The translations under genes and the position numbers were made by a program. Below, in pieces: positions 1 through 11,432 of a stretch of DNA of 64,000 nucleotides. Each line of letters opens with the position of its first letter. Positions within the stretch are counted from its first letter, which is position 1. The stretch comes from Mustelus asterias (Eukaryota): assembly GCF_964213995.1 (NCBI RefSeq), contig NW_027590185.1, forward strand, positions 62,001-126,000, in the 5' to 3' direction. The notes beneath the pieces were generated by a model, which was not told the DNA's origin, did no database searches, and saw only the letters and a program-made list of their open reading frames with translations.

Positions 1-487
1 ATAACACGAAGGGCCGATAGTTAACAGTGCTATAAAACAGGTGGATGTAATCGTCAACAGAGCCCAATTCCCTAAACCTTTCTCATATAGACTTTCACCC
101 GTGCCCTCCTGGCGACCCCACAACATCTCCATCTCCCGTGGTCCAGCGCCACATCAACGCATCCCCCCAGGATGCACATCAGAACTGGAGGCAGCCAGCT
201 GCACTCCGCACCCATTTGCCTGTGATGCCCCTGGCAGGCGTCTGCTGGAGAGCTGGGACCTAGAGGGGTCCAGCCGTCTTCCTGGTGATATGGATGTATC
301 CTTGCCTTGCTGTTCACCCTGCTGCTCTTGAGATGCTCCGGTGTCAGGAAAGGGGGAGTCGGAAAGCCCTGCATCCCATCGGCCGGAATCCCCCGGGTGG
401 AAGGCCCCAGCACCGTCCCCAGGCCCCCCTCCTCCCTCGAGGCGCCAATGGACCCCTGGGTCACTCCGTGGGACGGTGAAGCTGACT

Positions 488-775
488 CGGGGGAGGGAGT
501 GGTGATTGGGAAATTCTGCAGGGGTGGTGATTGAGGAGGGGGATAGCGGGGGGGGGGGGGGAGCTCTGCAGGAGTCCTGATGGGGGAGGGAGCTGGTGAT
601 CGGGGAAACTCTGCAGGGGTGGCGATCGGGGAGGGGGCGAGAGGGGGAACTCTGCAGGGATGCTGATTGGGGGGAGGGGTTGGTGATTTGGGGGAAACGC
701 TACAGATGAGGAGATTGGCGGGGCGATTTCTGTGGGGAGGGGGGGATGTCCACTGAAGATGGAAACTGGGAGGAT
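488..775 (+). repeat. G-rich imperfect tandem repeat (unit like ggggaaactctgcaggggtggcgatcg), G-quadruplex-prone
   Basis: Recurrent 'tctgcagg' cores separated by G4-G13 runs; explains the Pro-rich minus-strand ORF 72..788. Confidence 0.65.
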
Positions 776-1134
776 GGAGCGCCTGCACAATGACACCCCT
801 CCAGATCAGCAGCTGGCTTCCCCAGCAAGTTTAGGTTCCTCCCCTTCCTCCTGCAGTGAGGATTATATTGTGACTGTTTTTGACTAAGTGCCACAAGATT
901 GATTTTTTAAATTTGCCCAAGAAATGAGTTTGAAACTTTTCTCACTCATTCAGCACTTCGAATTTTTTTCATGAAATTCCACCCGATGTCTTTTGGTTCT
1001 AAACCAGTGGAAACAGACATGCATTTTATCAAAACCTCGCAAAAGTTTGAATATCACTATTAAATCTTTCCTTAACCTTTCCTGCTCTATAGAGTGCAAT
1101 TCCAGCTTCTCTAATCTCTCCATATGGATTATCC

Positions 1135-1720
1135 ATCCTGAGGTCCCCAGTATCACAGATGCACATCTTCAGCCAATTCGATTCACTTCAAGGGATATCA
1201 ATAAGCAGCTGAAGGCAATGGATAAGGAAAAATCCAAACTGGCCAACTGCCCTCCAATGTCTCTCGTCTCGATCATCAGCAAAATGATGGAAGATGTTGT
1301 TGCCAACGGTGCGATCAAGCAGCATTTATACAGCAACAACCTGCTCACTGATGCTCAATTTGGGTTCCACCGAGGACCACTCACCTCCTGCCTCATTTAC
1401 AGCCTTTGTCCAAACATGGACAAAAGAGTTGAACTGGGTGATGTTGGAGTGATTGCCATTGACATCAAGGCAGCATTTGACTGTGCGTGGCATCAAGCAA
1501 CCCGATTAACATTGAAGTCAATGGGAATCAGGGGGTAACTCTCCACCGGCGAGAGCCACATCCCGCACAGAGGAGGATGATCGCGGTTGTTGGAGGCCAA
1601 TCATCTCAGCCCCAGGGTAGTGTCCGAGGCCCATCCATCCTCAGTTGCTCCACCAATGACCTTCCCCCGATCATAAAGTCGAAAGCGAAGCTGTTCATTG
1701 ATAATTGCAGTCCTCATGGC
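1135..1720 (+). mobile_element. Degenerate non-LTR retrotransposon (CR1/L2 group) reverse transcriptase fragment
   Basis: Translations PEVPSITDAHLQPIRF, SLVSIISKMME, LLTDAQFGF, AIDIKAAFD, PQGSVRGP are LINE RT motifs; frameshifted and internally deleted. Confidence 0.8.
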
Positions 1721-1749
1721 TGAGAATGATACCAGGGATGAGGATTTTG

Positions 1750-2665
1750 TTTTATTCTTTCAGGGGATGTGAATGGCTGGCAAGGCCAACATTCATTGCG
1801 CATCACTAATTGCCCCTGTGAAGAAAGTGAGCCACTTTCTTGAATCGCTGCAATCCATCTGGTGTAGGTATACCCACAACGCTGTTAGGGAGTTCCAGGA
1901 ATTTGATGCAGTGACAGAGAAGGAATGGTGAATGAGTTTCAAGTCAGAATGGTATGTGATGTGGAGTACAATTTACAGATGGTGGCATTCCCATACGCTG
2001 GCTGCACTTGTTTTTCAAGTGGTAGAAGTTAGAGGTTGGAACATGCTGTGAAAACAGCCTTGGTGATTTCTTGCAGTGCATCTAATCAGTGGGATACACT
2101 GCCACCATTGTGGGCTAATGGTGGAGAGTGAATGTTTAAGGTGGTATTTGAGATGCTGATCAGGCGAGCTACTTTGTCCTGGATAGGATCTACAAAATTG
2201 TTGCAGATACACTCATCCAGGTAAAGAATATTCCCCCTTACTCCTGATTTATACCTTGTGAATCATGGCAAGCCTTTGGGGAGTCATTAAGTGAGTAACC
2301 TGCCACAAAACTCCCAACCTCTGATCTGCTCTTGTAACCTCAGTATTTAAATGACTGGTCAATGGTAACCCCAAAGTTATTGCTGGTGGGGCATTCCCTG
2401 ATGGTAATGCCATTGAATACCATGGGAAGATGGTTAGATTTTCTTGCTGGAAATAGATATTTCCTGATAATTATGTGGTGTCAATATGAATTGACAATCA
2501 GCTCCAACCTGAATGTTGTCCTGGTCCTGCGCTGCATGCGGGCAGCTTCAGTATTCAGAGTTGTGAATGGTAATATACACTGCAATCATCAGTGAACATC
2601 CCCATTTCCCACCCTACGGTGGGGAGACGGTAATTAATGAAGCCGCTGAAAATGATTAGGCCCAG
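1750..2665 (-). mobile_element. Degenerate 3' part of a CR1-group LINE, antisense
   Basis: Similar to other copies at ~10900-11020, 42090-42360 (opposite strand) and 62040-62560; minus-strand translation includes 'EMGMFTDDCSV' (YADD-like). Confidence 0.65.
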
Positions 2666-2674
2666 GAGACATGA

Positions 2675-3165
2675 GGAACAACAAAATATATTTATATAGC
2701 GCCTTAAAGTAATAAAACATCCAAGGAGCATTGTAAAATAAAGTATGATATTGAGCCACAAAGAAGATATTAGGTTAGATGACCAAAGGTTTGGTCAAAG
2801 TGGTAGATTTTAAGGGGTGTGTTAAAGGAGTAAAGCGAGGTGGAGAGTTGGAGACGTGTAGGGATGGTATTCCAGAGGTTGGAGCCTAAGCAACTGAAGG
2901 TAGAGCTTGCAATGGTGAAGCAAGGTCAGGGACAAGCTAAAGACCAGAATTAGAGCCGTGTAATATATTGAGGGTTGTGGGGCTTATAGGAGATTATAGA
3001 TATTGGGACAGGCAAGGTCATGGAGTGATTTGAAACCAAGGATGAGAATTTTAATATTAAGTTGTTGCTTTACTGGGTGGATCATCGTGCACGAGGGTGA
3101 TAGTGGAATAACACTTAATGTGAGTTTAAACATGGCCAGCAGAGTTTTAGATGAACCCTGCAGTG
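2675..3165 (-). mobile_element. L2-type LINE 3' end
   Basis: Begins 'aacaacaaaatatatttatatagcgccttaaagtaataaaacatccaagg'; homologous to 27345-27600 (+), 33460-33925 and 35295-35855. Confidence 0.6.
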
Positions 3166-3394
3166 ACCCTTGCAGTGATGACTGACCTCCAACAACCACA
3201 GCCATCCTCGTCTGTACCTGGTATATCCCCAACCGGCGGAGAGTTCCCCCCCCCCCGAATCCCACCGACTCCAACCCTGTGTCGGTCCCTTTCTGCCACA
3301 CTCAGTCAAATGATGTCTTGATGGATTTTCTTTGTTCTTTTTTTTGTTTTTTTTTTGTTTTCTTTGAGAAAACAAAATTTTCTTTGTTCTTCGT

Positions 3395-3710
3395 TCTGTT
3401 TGGAACATCCCAAATGCCCATCCAATTTCCTTTTTAATTGTTTATTGTCTCCACTTCCTCCACCCTCGTAGGCAGCGAGTTTCAGGTCATTACCATTCGC
3501 TGCATCAAAATATTCTTCCTCACATCTCCGCGCCCCCCACCTTGCATCTCTGACCCAAACCAAGAAATCTGTGTCCCCCTCGTCCTTGTCCCTTCAGCTA
3601 ATGGGAACAGCTTTTCTTTATCCACCTTATCTAAACCTGTCAGAATCTTGTCCACCTCTATCAAATCTCCCCACAGCCTCCTTTGCTCCAAGGGGAACAA
3701 CCCCAGCCTG
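3395..3710 (-). mobile_element. CR1/HER1 LINE 3' fragment
   Basis: Minus ORF 3482..3730 LGLFPLEQRRLWGDLIEVDKILTGLDKVDKEKLFP...TRTRG is the CR1 ORF2 C-terminus. Confidence 0.8.
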
Positions 3711-4290
3711 ACATTGACAATAAAGAACAAACCAACAGAATATGTTACTGTCTGGAATCAAATGGGAATGTTTAATTTCTGTTTTAAAGAGATTGTGAAT
3801 ATATTGTCCTGGACAATAAAGGAATCAGCTATAACTGAGCAAGAAGAAGTCGGTTTCAATGTGGAATTGACTGGAATATTGTCTCTGGATTTAAACAATG
3901 GAGGAACTACAAACATGGAAGAAAATAAATTTCAAAATGTGAACTCTGTACAGACTGTTTTCAAAATAGAACTTGAAAATTCACAAATGAACAGCAATGA
4001 AGACTCTCCTTTTGCAGGAGGAACTTTGGACTATAATTATTGTAAGAAGAAAACCGTCAGAAAAGACTGCAAGCAGTAATTTCCATCTTCAGTGGACTGA
4101 ATTCCTGGACATGGAACCCAGCAGTGTGCTGTTACCAAGCTGGATTTGTGAATGTGAAGTGGACAATGGAGGGATTATTATGTCTGTTGCAGGTTATAAG
4201 ATAGATCAACAGAGGAAAACAGTGGATTTAGGAACAGGAGGAGGCCATTTGGCCCTTCGAGCCTGCTCCACCATTCAATAAGATCATGGC

Positions 4291-5483
4291 TGTTAAGATA
4301 TACAGCATGTTGTATATTGTAATATTCTAAATGGGATATTATGAAGGTGATACATTTCCATTTCTTCCTGTTTTTGTTACAAAAATCTAATTTTATGATT
4401 CCTATGTTTTAGAAATATGAATTAGTTGCAAGAATTGCTTTTAAAAAATGGAAAACCTGGATTGAGAATCTGATGAAAACACCCTCAGGGAATTCGCAGT
4501 CACAAAGCATGGCCCATGTTGGTTTAAGAAGTCAAAACTCGAGAGGTAAGAACTGTAAAAGGTCAGCTGGATCTTTTCGCTGGAGACATTGGGTCTGACA
4601 ATTATTGTACTGTTTTTGTTAGGTGAGTTCTTCATGCAGACCTCAGGAAAAAGGTTTAGTTTTGAAGCTAAATATCTGTCGGACATTCCACCTGGTCTCT
4701 GTTACCATGGGGATATGTGATTCAGGGTGGAGCCTTGGTTAGAATTAGACCATAAGATATAGGAGCAGAATTAGGCTATTCGGCCCATCGAATCTGCTGT
4801 GCCATTCGATCATGGCTGATAAATCTCAACCCCATTCTCCTGCCTTTTCCCTGTAACCTTTTGAGTCCTTTCCAATCAATGACCTGGTTCCACAGATAGA
4901 CAGCGGACAGTCTGCAGTTAGCTTGGAAGCCACCAGTTGTGGGATCAGGAGCTGTGAACCAGCTGTGGGACTAGAAGCTGAGCGGACCATTAGAAACCAG
5001 GGGTGTTTCCAACATTTAAATCCCTCAGCAAGAATGCAGTGAAGCCCATGTTTGGACTGAGGAGTCCACAGTTTGAGAGCTTAAAGGAAAATTGGAGGCT
5101 TGTTTAGTGAAAAGATAATGGATGGACTCCCATAAACTCTTGGAGCTTGGAGAATATCTGGAGTACTGGGGAGAATTAAAGTGAATTGTGGAGAGCTTTG
5201 ACATACCTTTGGGATGGTCCTAGGAACAGAAGTGAATGAAACTTGAAGATATTGTTAAATATAAAGAAACTCTTGGGGTGAGGTAAAAAAACAGAACTAG
5301 GTTTATATCATAAATCTTTATTGTATTCAATTTGTAGTGTTGGCTTTTTAAATTTTATTTAAACATACAGTAAAGTTTGTTTTTGTTTAACAATGTGGAA
5401 TCTTGTGATGTAATTCTTTCAGTTAATCACTGGGTGTTCGAATTTCTCTGCAAACGTTAACAGTCCTGACCGGGATCGCAAGA
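4291..5483. mobile_element. Solo LTR candidate, with a CR1 3'-tail insertion at ~4740-4880
   Basis: Starts tgttaag and ends gaccgggatcgcaaga (decayed ...taaca); paralogous copy 47657-49246 has intact TGTTA...TAACA termini. Confidence 0.6.
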
Positions 5484-6292
5484 ATTCACACAGTGTTTCA
5501 AAACAAATCGAAGAAAAAGATGTTTATTCTCCTTCAGTACAAACGTTACACATGAAGAGACCCTCTTCTGGTATCTCCAATAATTTGTTGCTTCGAGCAA
5601 TTCTTTTCATGGAACAATCAGATAATTGATGACTGAAAATGGAACTAATTGTATCCCTTTAAAGCAGGAGGGCGATCGCCCGGCACAGAGGGTAATTAGG
5701 GATTTCTCCCATAGACCAATTGACAGGGATTCTACCCTCCAACCACCTGAAGTGAATTCTTTACATGAATCATCCGTGCCAGTGCAGTTATCAACCTGCA
5801 GTTTGGCTGATCAGAAAATGCTTTGTTGCTGATTTTCCTTGTGTTAGGAAGTGACAGTGCCAAGGCCAGATCTTGTTTCCTCCTTGATCGGGATGTAACC
5901 CGTGTCCACATCGCCACTTCATTCTTCCACTGGTTGTATGGTTCAGACTCCGAGAGCATCAGCAGGTAATCAGACCCTGACAATTCCCACTGCCTTTCAG
6001 TCATTTCTCACAAAAGCTGCTGGGATTGTAAGCTTCTGTCTGAAATATACTTTCTTTTAGTTTCCAACCTTCACCATGAGACAAGCATTTTCTGTTACCA
6101 TGTTATAATCCTGACAGCCTTGGGGTGGAGTCAATCTTTATTTGGTCTAGATTTGTTCACAGAATCAAACATTACAGGTTCAACTCTGACTCCAAGCTAT
6201 ATTAGTGAGTCCCACTTTTTACCTGCTCATTATAACTATCTAATCAGTGCCCTCCATCTGAATAAACTTCACCTCCATTGATATAATTAACA
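5484..6292 (-). mobile_element. Internally deleted Copia-like LTR retrotransposon: LTR 6101-6292, PBS 6083-6100, gag fused to integrase remnant
   Basis: LTR termini TGTTA...TAACA; PBS TGGTAACAGAAAATGCTT matches 14/18 the complement of the vertebrate tRNA-iMet 3' end (TGGTAGCAGAGGATGGTT); ORF SESEPYNQWKNEVAMWTRVT...ALALSLP (gag-like) joined to DQPNCRLITALA...KNSLQVVGG (integrase-like). Confidence 0.75.
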
Positions 6293-7606
6293 GCCACAGT
6301 CAGAGCACCGGAAAGGTCACTAATGGGTGTGACTGCCATGGTGTCTCAGCAGCTTGGGTGAACAAGTGAATCCTTTCCCACACACTGAGCAGGTGAATGG
6401 TCTCAGTTTGGAAACTAAGGGAAAATAAAATTTCAGGCAGAAGCTTCCAATCTGGTAGGTTTTATGAGAAATCGCTGAAAGTGAGTGGGAATTATCAGGG
6501 TCTCTCCCCAGTGTGAATTCCCTGATGTTTCAGTAGGTCAGATGATGTTCTAAACCTCTTTGCACAGTGAGAGCGCCTGACATTTCAGTCATCCTCAGTG
6601 TGAATGCGCTGGTCGAACCTCAGGTAGGCTCAGGTTTTAAAGCAGCTCCCACAGTCAGAGCATTGAACAGGTTTCTTATTGGGGGAGGTGCCTCAGTATT
6701 CCAGCAGACTGGATGATTGACTGAGTCACTTCCCACACACACATCAGATGAATGGCCTTTCCCCAGTGTGTAATCCTTTGTGTCTCAGCAGACTAGATAA
6801 TTGAGTGAATCCCTTCCCACACTCGGAGCAGATGAATGGCCTCGGCCCAGTGTGAATGGGTTGGTGTGTCAGCGGGAGGGATGAGTGAGTGAATCCCTTC
6901 CCACACTCTGAGCAGGGGAACAGCCCCTCAACCGTGTGAAATCGCTGGTGGTTCTGCAGGGTAGATGACTGAGTGAATCCCTTTCCACACACACAACAGG
7001 TGAATGGTCTCTCCCCATTGTGAACCCGCTGGTGTGTCAGCAGGGCAGACGAATCGCTGAATTTCTTCCCACACTCAGAGCAGGTGAATGGCCTCTCCCT
7101 GATGTGAAGTCGCTGGTGATTCCTCAGGGTGGATGAATCACGAAATCCCCTTCCAAACTCAGAGCAGGTGAACGGTGTCTCCACAGTGTGGCTGCATCGA
7201 AGGGTTTCCAGCTTCGAGGGACAATTGAATCCCTTCCCACAGTCCCTACATTTCCATGGTCTGAGTGTCTTTGTACATCTCCAGGTTCAGATGAAGGTTT
7301 GACCCCACAGATGACACATACATGGTCTCTCTCTTCACTGTGAATCCTTCAATCTTTTCCAGGCTGTGTAACTGGTTAAAGCTCTTTCCACAGTCAGTTC
7401 ACTGGAATACTCTCACTCGAGTGTCTGTGTCTCAGTGATTTTCCAGTCACACTGATGTTTAAACAGTTTGAAGGGACAGACAAACATTTTCCATTCTAGT
7501 TTCAAATGCCGATGGTATTCAGATCCTGAATAATTGGGTGACTCTGTCAGATCCTAACGTCATGTTTGTTGAGATTTGTGTCTGTAAATTCTCCCCTTCT
7601 AATAGC
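6293..7606 (-). pseudogene. C2H2 ZNF pseudogene (locus Z1), paralog of Z9
   Basis: ORF 6744..7184 holds ~5 fingers; finger-like sequence continues both ways with in-frame stops, lost Cys/His and indels; acceptor tttcacag|g at 7606; array cut by the LTR at 6292. Confidence 0.85.
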
Positions 7607-8266
7607 CTGTGAAAGAAATTCACAAAAATCATTGCTGTCAGTACAGGATTAAAAACTCAGAACAGACAATTCTAGTTTCTGTGGAACATTCTTTCCTCTC
7701 ATTCTTGAAAATTTGTAAATCTCCATCCCAAACACTCTCCCTCCATTCTCACTTTGCTGGACCTGAAATAGACATTGTCCTGAGGGTGCTGATTCATCCT
7801 AATCGACAGATCCGTGCTGACTGTTTCATGTACTGGACACATATTCCTGAAATCTTGTGTCTTAGCATATAAAAAATTTGCATATTTAGTGAACTAAAAA
7901 TGTAAGCAATATTCAGCACTCTATTACATGATTAGAGATACAGATGGGTGCGGAAGAACTTGACTTGGGGAGCAAGCAATCATGTTCTGGAACTCACTGA
8001 CGATGAGAGTGGTGGAAGTGGAGATGACCAGTGATTTCAAAATAAAATTGGTTGGGCACTTGAAGGAATGAAACGTACTGGGGAACAGGGATATGGAGGA
8101 AAAATGGCACTGAGTGGATTCCCCGACAGAGACTTGGCACGGACTCAAGTTGCTGAATTGATTTATCTTGTGCTCTGATGACTCTTTGACTGGAAAATAT
8201 ACAGTGTAGTTACAACATCAACTGTAATACAAATCCATAAATAACATACCTAATATGCACCATATA

Positions 8267-8466
8267 GTAAGAAGTCTCCCAACACCAGGTTAAAGTCCAA
8301 CAGGTTTATTTGGAATCACAAGCTTTCAGAGCGCTGCCCCTTCATCAGGTGAGAAGGAGCAGCGCTCAGAAAGCTCGTGATTCCAAATAAACCCGTTGGA
8401 CTTTAACCAGGTGTAGTGAGACTTCTTACTGTGCCCACCCCAGTCCAACACCGGCATCTCCACATC
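8267..8466. mobile_element. Penelope-derived foldback element with hammerhead-like core and 14-bp target-site duplication (TSD)
   Basis: Inverted arms across 8266-8430; TSD atatgcaccatata at 8253-8266 and 8467-8480; minus strand CTGATGA-aggggcagcgctct-GAAA at 8348-8324; absent at the paralogous site ~52400. Confidence 0.75.
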
Positions 8467-8832
8467 ATATGCACCATATAACAACACCAGACATATCAAT
8501 GTTGTTACGATCCTCATGGTCACCTTATAATAAACACATTCCCACAAATCCCAATCGAATAAACAAAGACAATGTTTCATTTTTTAAAAATGTTACTTTA
8601 AAAATTAATCTAAAATTAACATCACTGAATCATGCATTAAGAAACAGTATTTGAATAGACAGGATAAATTACACTTTAAAAAGCTCGGACAATAAAAACA
8701 GGTTCCACAAAATCACAAACATTTCCCCCTCAGTATATTTGGCTCTAATTCCAGTTCCAGAGAATTTCTCTGTCTCTGTATTTCCCAGGGGGAGAAAGAA
8801 AGTGTTTTCCTCACAGATGTTGTCCAGAGGAG

Positions 8833-9415
8833 GAAGTTGGAGTCTGTATGTGAAGTTTGAGTCTGTGGTGAAGTTTGAGTCTGTGGTGAAGTTTGAGTCT
8901 GTGGTGAAGTTTGGGTCTGTGGTGAAGTTTGAGGCTGTGTGTGAAGTTTGAGTCTGTGTGTGAAGTTTGAGTCTGTGGTGAAGTTTGAGTCTGTGTGTGA
9001 AGTTGGAGTCTGTGGTGAAGTTTGAGTCTGTGTGTGAAGTTTGAGTCTGTGTGTGAAGTTTGAGTCTGTGTGTGAAGTTTGAGGCTGTGTGTGAAGTTTG
9101 AGTCTGTGGTGAAGTTTGAGTCTGTGTGTGAAGTTTGAGTCTGTGTGTGAAGTTTGAGTCTGTGTGTGAAGTTTGAGTCTGTGTGTGAAGTTTGAGTCTG
9201 TGTGTGAAGTTTGAGTCTGTGTGTGAAGTTTGAGTCTGTGTGTGAAGTTTGAGTCTGTGTGTGAAGTTTGAGTCTGTGTGTGAAGTTTGGGTCTGTGTGT
9301 GAAGTTTGAGTCTGTGTGTGAAGTTTGAGTCTGTGGTGAAGTTTGGGTCTGTGGTGAAGTTTGAGTCTGTGTGTGAAGTTTGATTCTGTGTGTGAAGTTT
9401 GAGTCTGTGGTGAAG
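8833..9415 (+). repeat. 20/21-bp minisatellite (gaagtttgagtctgtgtgt / gaagtttgagtctgtggt variants), ~28 units
   Basis: Direct reading; only a single seed unit at paralogous 53768-53787. Confidence 0.95.
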
Positions 9416-9499
9416 CTACAAACAGAAGCTGTTCTGTTTCAAATCAAACTGCGGGACTTGGAAGAATTTGATGGGAAGAGATTTTGCAAAGTCCCCTCC

Positions 9500-10060
9500 C
9501 CCACTCCCTCAGCTGGCAGCCCAGCACGCAGGCGCAGAGAGCGCTGCTGAGCCGAGCTGTCCGGAGCAGGCGCAGAGAGCGCTGCTGAGCCGAGCTGTCC
9601 GGAGCAGGCGCAGAGAGCGCTGCTGAGCCGAGCTGTCCGGAGCAGGCGCAGAGAGCGCTGCTGAGCCGAGCTGTCCGGAGCAGGCGCAGAGAGCGCTGCT
9701 GAGCCGAGCTGTCCGGAGCAGGCGCAGTGCGGCTGCCGCCAGCGGTCGCTCTCGATCTCTTTTTGGAGCAGCAGCCGCCGTAGAGAGAGGGGGGAGGGGG
9801 AGATCACCGAGCGGCTTCTCGCTCTGGCCGGAGCCGCCAGCCGGTTGCCTGGAAACCTTGGCTCGAGGAGATGGCAGGGGGCGGGGGAATCAATGGGAGG
9901 GGGCGGGGCTCCCATGTCTGCGCGCCCGGGCCTGCGCACTGGAACTCCAGGACGTCACATCGGTACAGACTTATTCCTATTGGCTAATTCAGGCTAGGTT
10001 CCATTGTGACGTCACAATGCGGAAGTTGGCCAACGAGGTTCAGAGTGAAACTCCCGCTTC
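9500..10060. promoter_or_regulatory. CpG-rich bidirectional promoter of Z1(-)/Z2(+)
   Basis: High CpG density; NRF1-like gcctgcgc, ATTGG, 18-bp palindrome cattgtgacgtcacaatg (10002-10019, CRE core), ETS gcggaagt; candidate donor cag|gtatct at 10232. Confidence 0.7.
9528..9727 (+). repeat. 38-bp GC-rich tandem repeat, 5 identical units plus 10 bp
   Basis: Unit gcaggcgcagagagcgctgctgagccgagctgtccgga starts at 9528, 9566, 9604, 9642, 9680, partial at 9718. Confidence 0.97.
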
Positions 10061-11119
10061 TCGACAACATCTGGGAGGAAATCAATGTTTCCCCCTTTCC
10101 ATTTCTTTTCTCATTCTGGGAGAAATTGGGGACTTGCAGCAACTGAAGGGAAAGGAAGTGAATCCAGGGAGGCTGCAGACTCTGAAAACGTTACAGACGA
10201 ACATCGGAATTAGGAGCAAGACTAGGCCCAGGTATCTTTTTCTCTCTCAAAGACATTGACATCCTTTAGCTCCCTCACTTTGACACGTTTATATAGCTGG
10301 CGAATAGGATGGCCTCTTACCCAATGTTCATAATTCAAGGGGGAGTTTTCTCAGGAGAGGGCTAACATTTTAATGAACAGTAAATTTGTATGGGAGAGAG
10401 ATATGTTTAATGTAGTTACATGGTATATACTATGTTATTTACGATTCCCTATTTCTTGTCTTAAAATATATAGCAGTGTATCAACATTATCTATTTTCAG
10501 TGATGGAAACATTACAACATAGATTAGGCAACTCAGATCCATGCCAACTCTCTGTGGAGTAATTCAGTCAGTCCCATTCCCTCTCTATATCCCCATTCCC
10601 CTGTGTTTCATGTCACAATGGAATGGATGAGAGTTCCAAAGGAGCTGAGACTGGAGTAGAGTTGATCAATGGCACTGAGGTGGAAATAGGCGGTCTTGAT
10701 GATGATGTGGCTGGAAGCTCAACTTGGGGTGAAATATTTTACCATGGTTGTAAACAGTTTGCTCCAGCCTCAGACAGTTGCCAGGAAGAAGGAGAGAGTT
10801 GCTGGCGAGGGAGTGAGTTTGTAGTGGGGACTGAAGACAATGGGTTCAGTCTTCCCAGTGTTTATATGAAAGAAATTTCTGTTCTTTTAGTACTGGATGT
10901 CAGATAAGTCAGGATGGTGTGTGAGTTGGAGAGGAACTTGAAGGTGATGGTGTTCCCATCTATTTGCTACCCTGGTCCTTCTAGGTGGGTGGAGGTTGAG
11001 GGTTTGGGAAACTTTCTGTTAAAGTTCCAATTGAGTTGTCAATGTACAAAATCCCTCTCCTTCACCCTGACCTCTCCTACTTCTCTCTGTCTTCTCTCTG
11101 TGTCCAGAGTCTTGTGTCC

Positions 11120-11265
11120 AGACCGTGTGGCAGATTTCCTGCCCTGAAGGATATCAGTGAACCCGCTGGGTTTTTATGACAATCCAGCAGTTTTCATGAT
11201 TACTTTTTCCGAGTGCCAGCCCCACAAATGACCAGATTCATTCAGCTCAATTTCACAAACTGCCT
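11120..11265 (-). mobile_element. tRNA-SINE remnant just upstream of the ZNF acceptor (shared with Z7 and Z10)
   Basis: ggcagatttcctgccctgaaggatatcagtgaacccgctgggtttttatgacaatc matches the antisense of the SINE at 33940-34200 and 35870-36212. Confidence 0.65.
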
Positions 11266-11432
11266 TTGTGTTTTTGTGGGTTCTCTCTCACTTCCTTTTT
11301 TCTGTTTTAAATCAATTTCACAGGGCTTTAGAAGAGGAGGATTTGCAGTTGGGAAACTGAAACCAAATATTATATCAAAACCTGATGGAGTTAGCCAATT
11401 TGTTGTAACCTGAATATCATTGTGTTTTGAAC

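Noticed and set aside
72-788. 238-aa Pro-rich minus-strand ORF
   Set aside because: Openness is largely explained by the G-rich repeat; no recognisable domain. The 1-490 part may be a TE relic but I cannot assign it.
8833-9727. Repeat arrays as CRISPR-like loci
   Set aside because: Units are head-to-tail with no unique spacers, there are no cas genes, and the context is vertebrate.
9439-9939. 166-aa ORF with repeated peptide
   Set aside because: Translation of the 38-bp promoter repeat cycling through frames.
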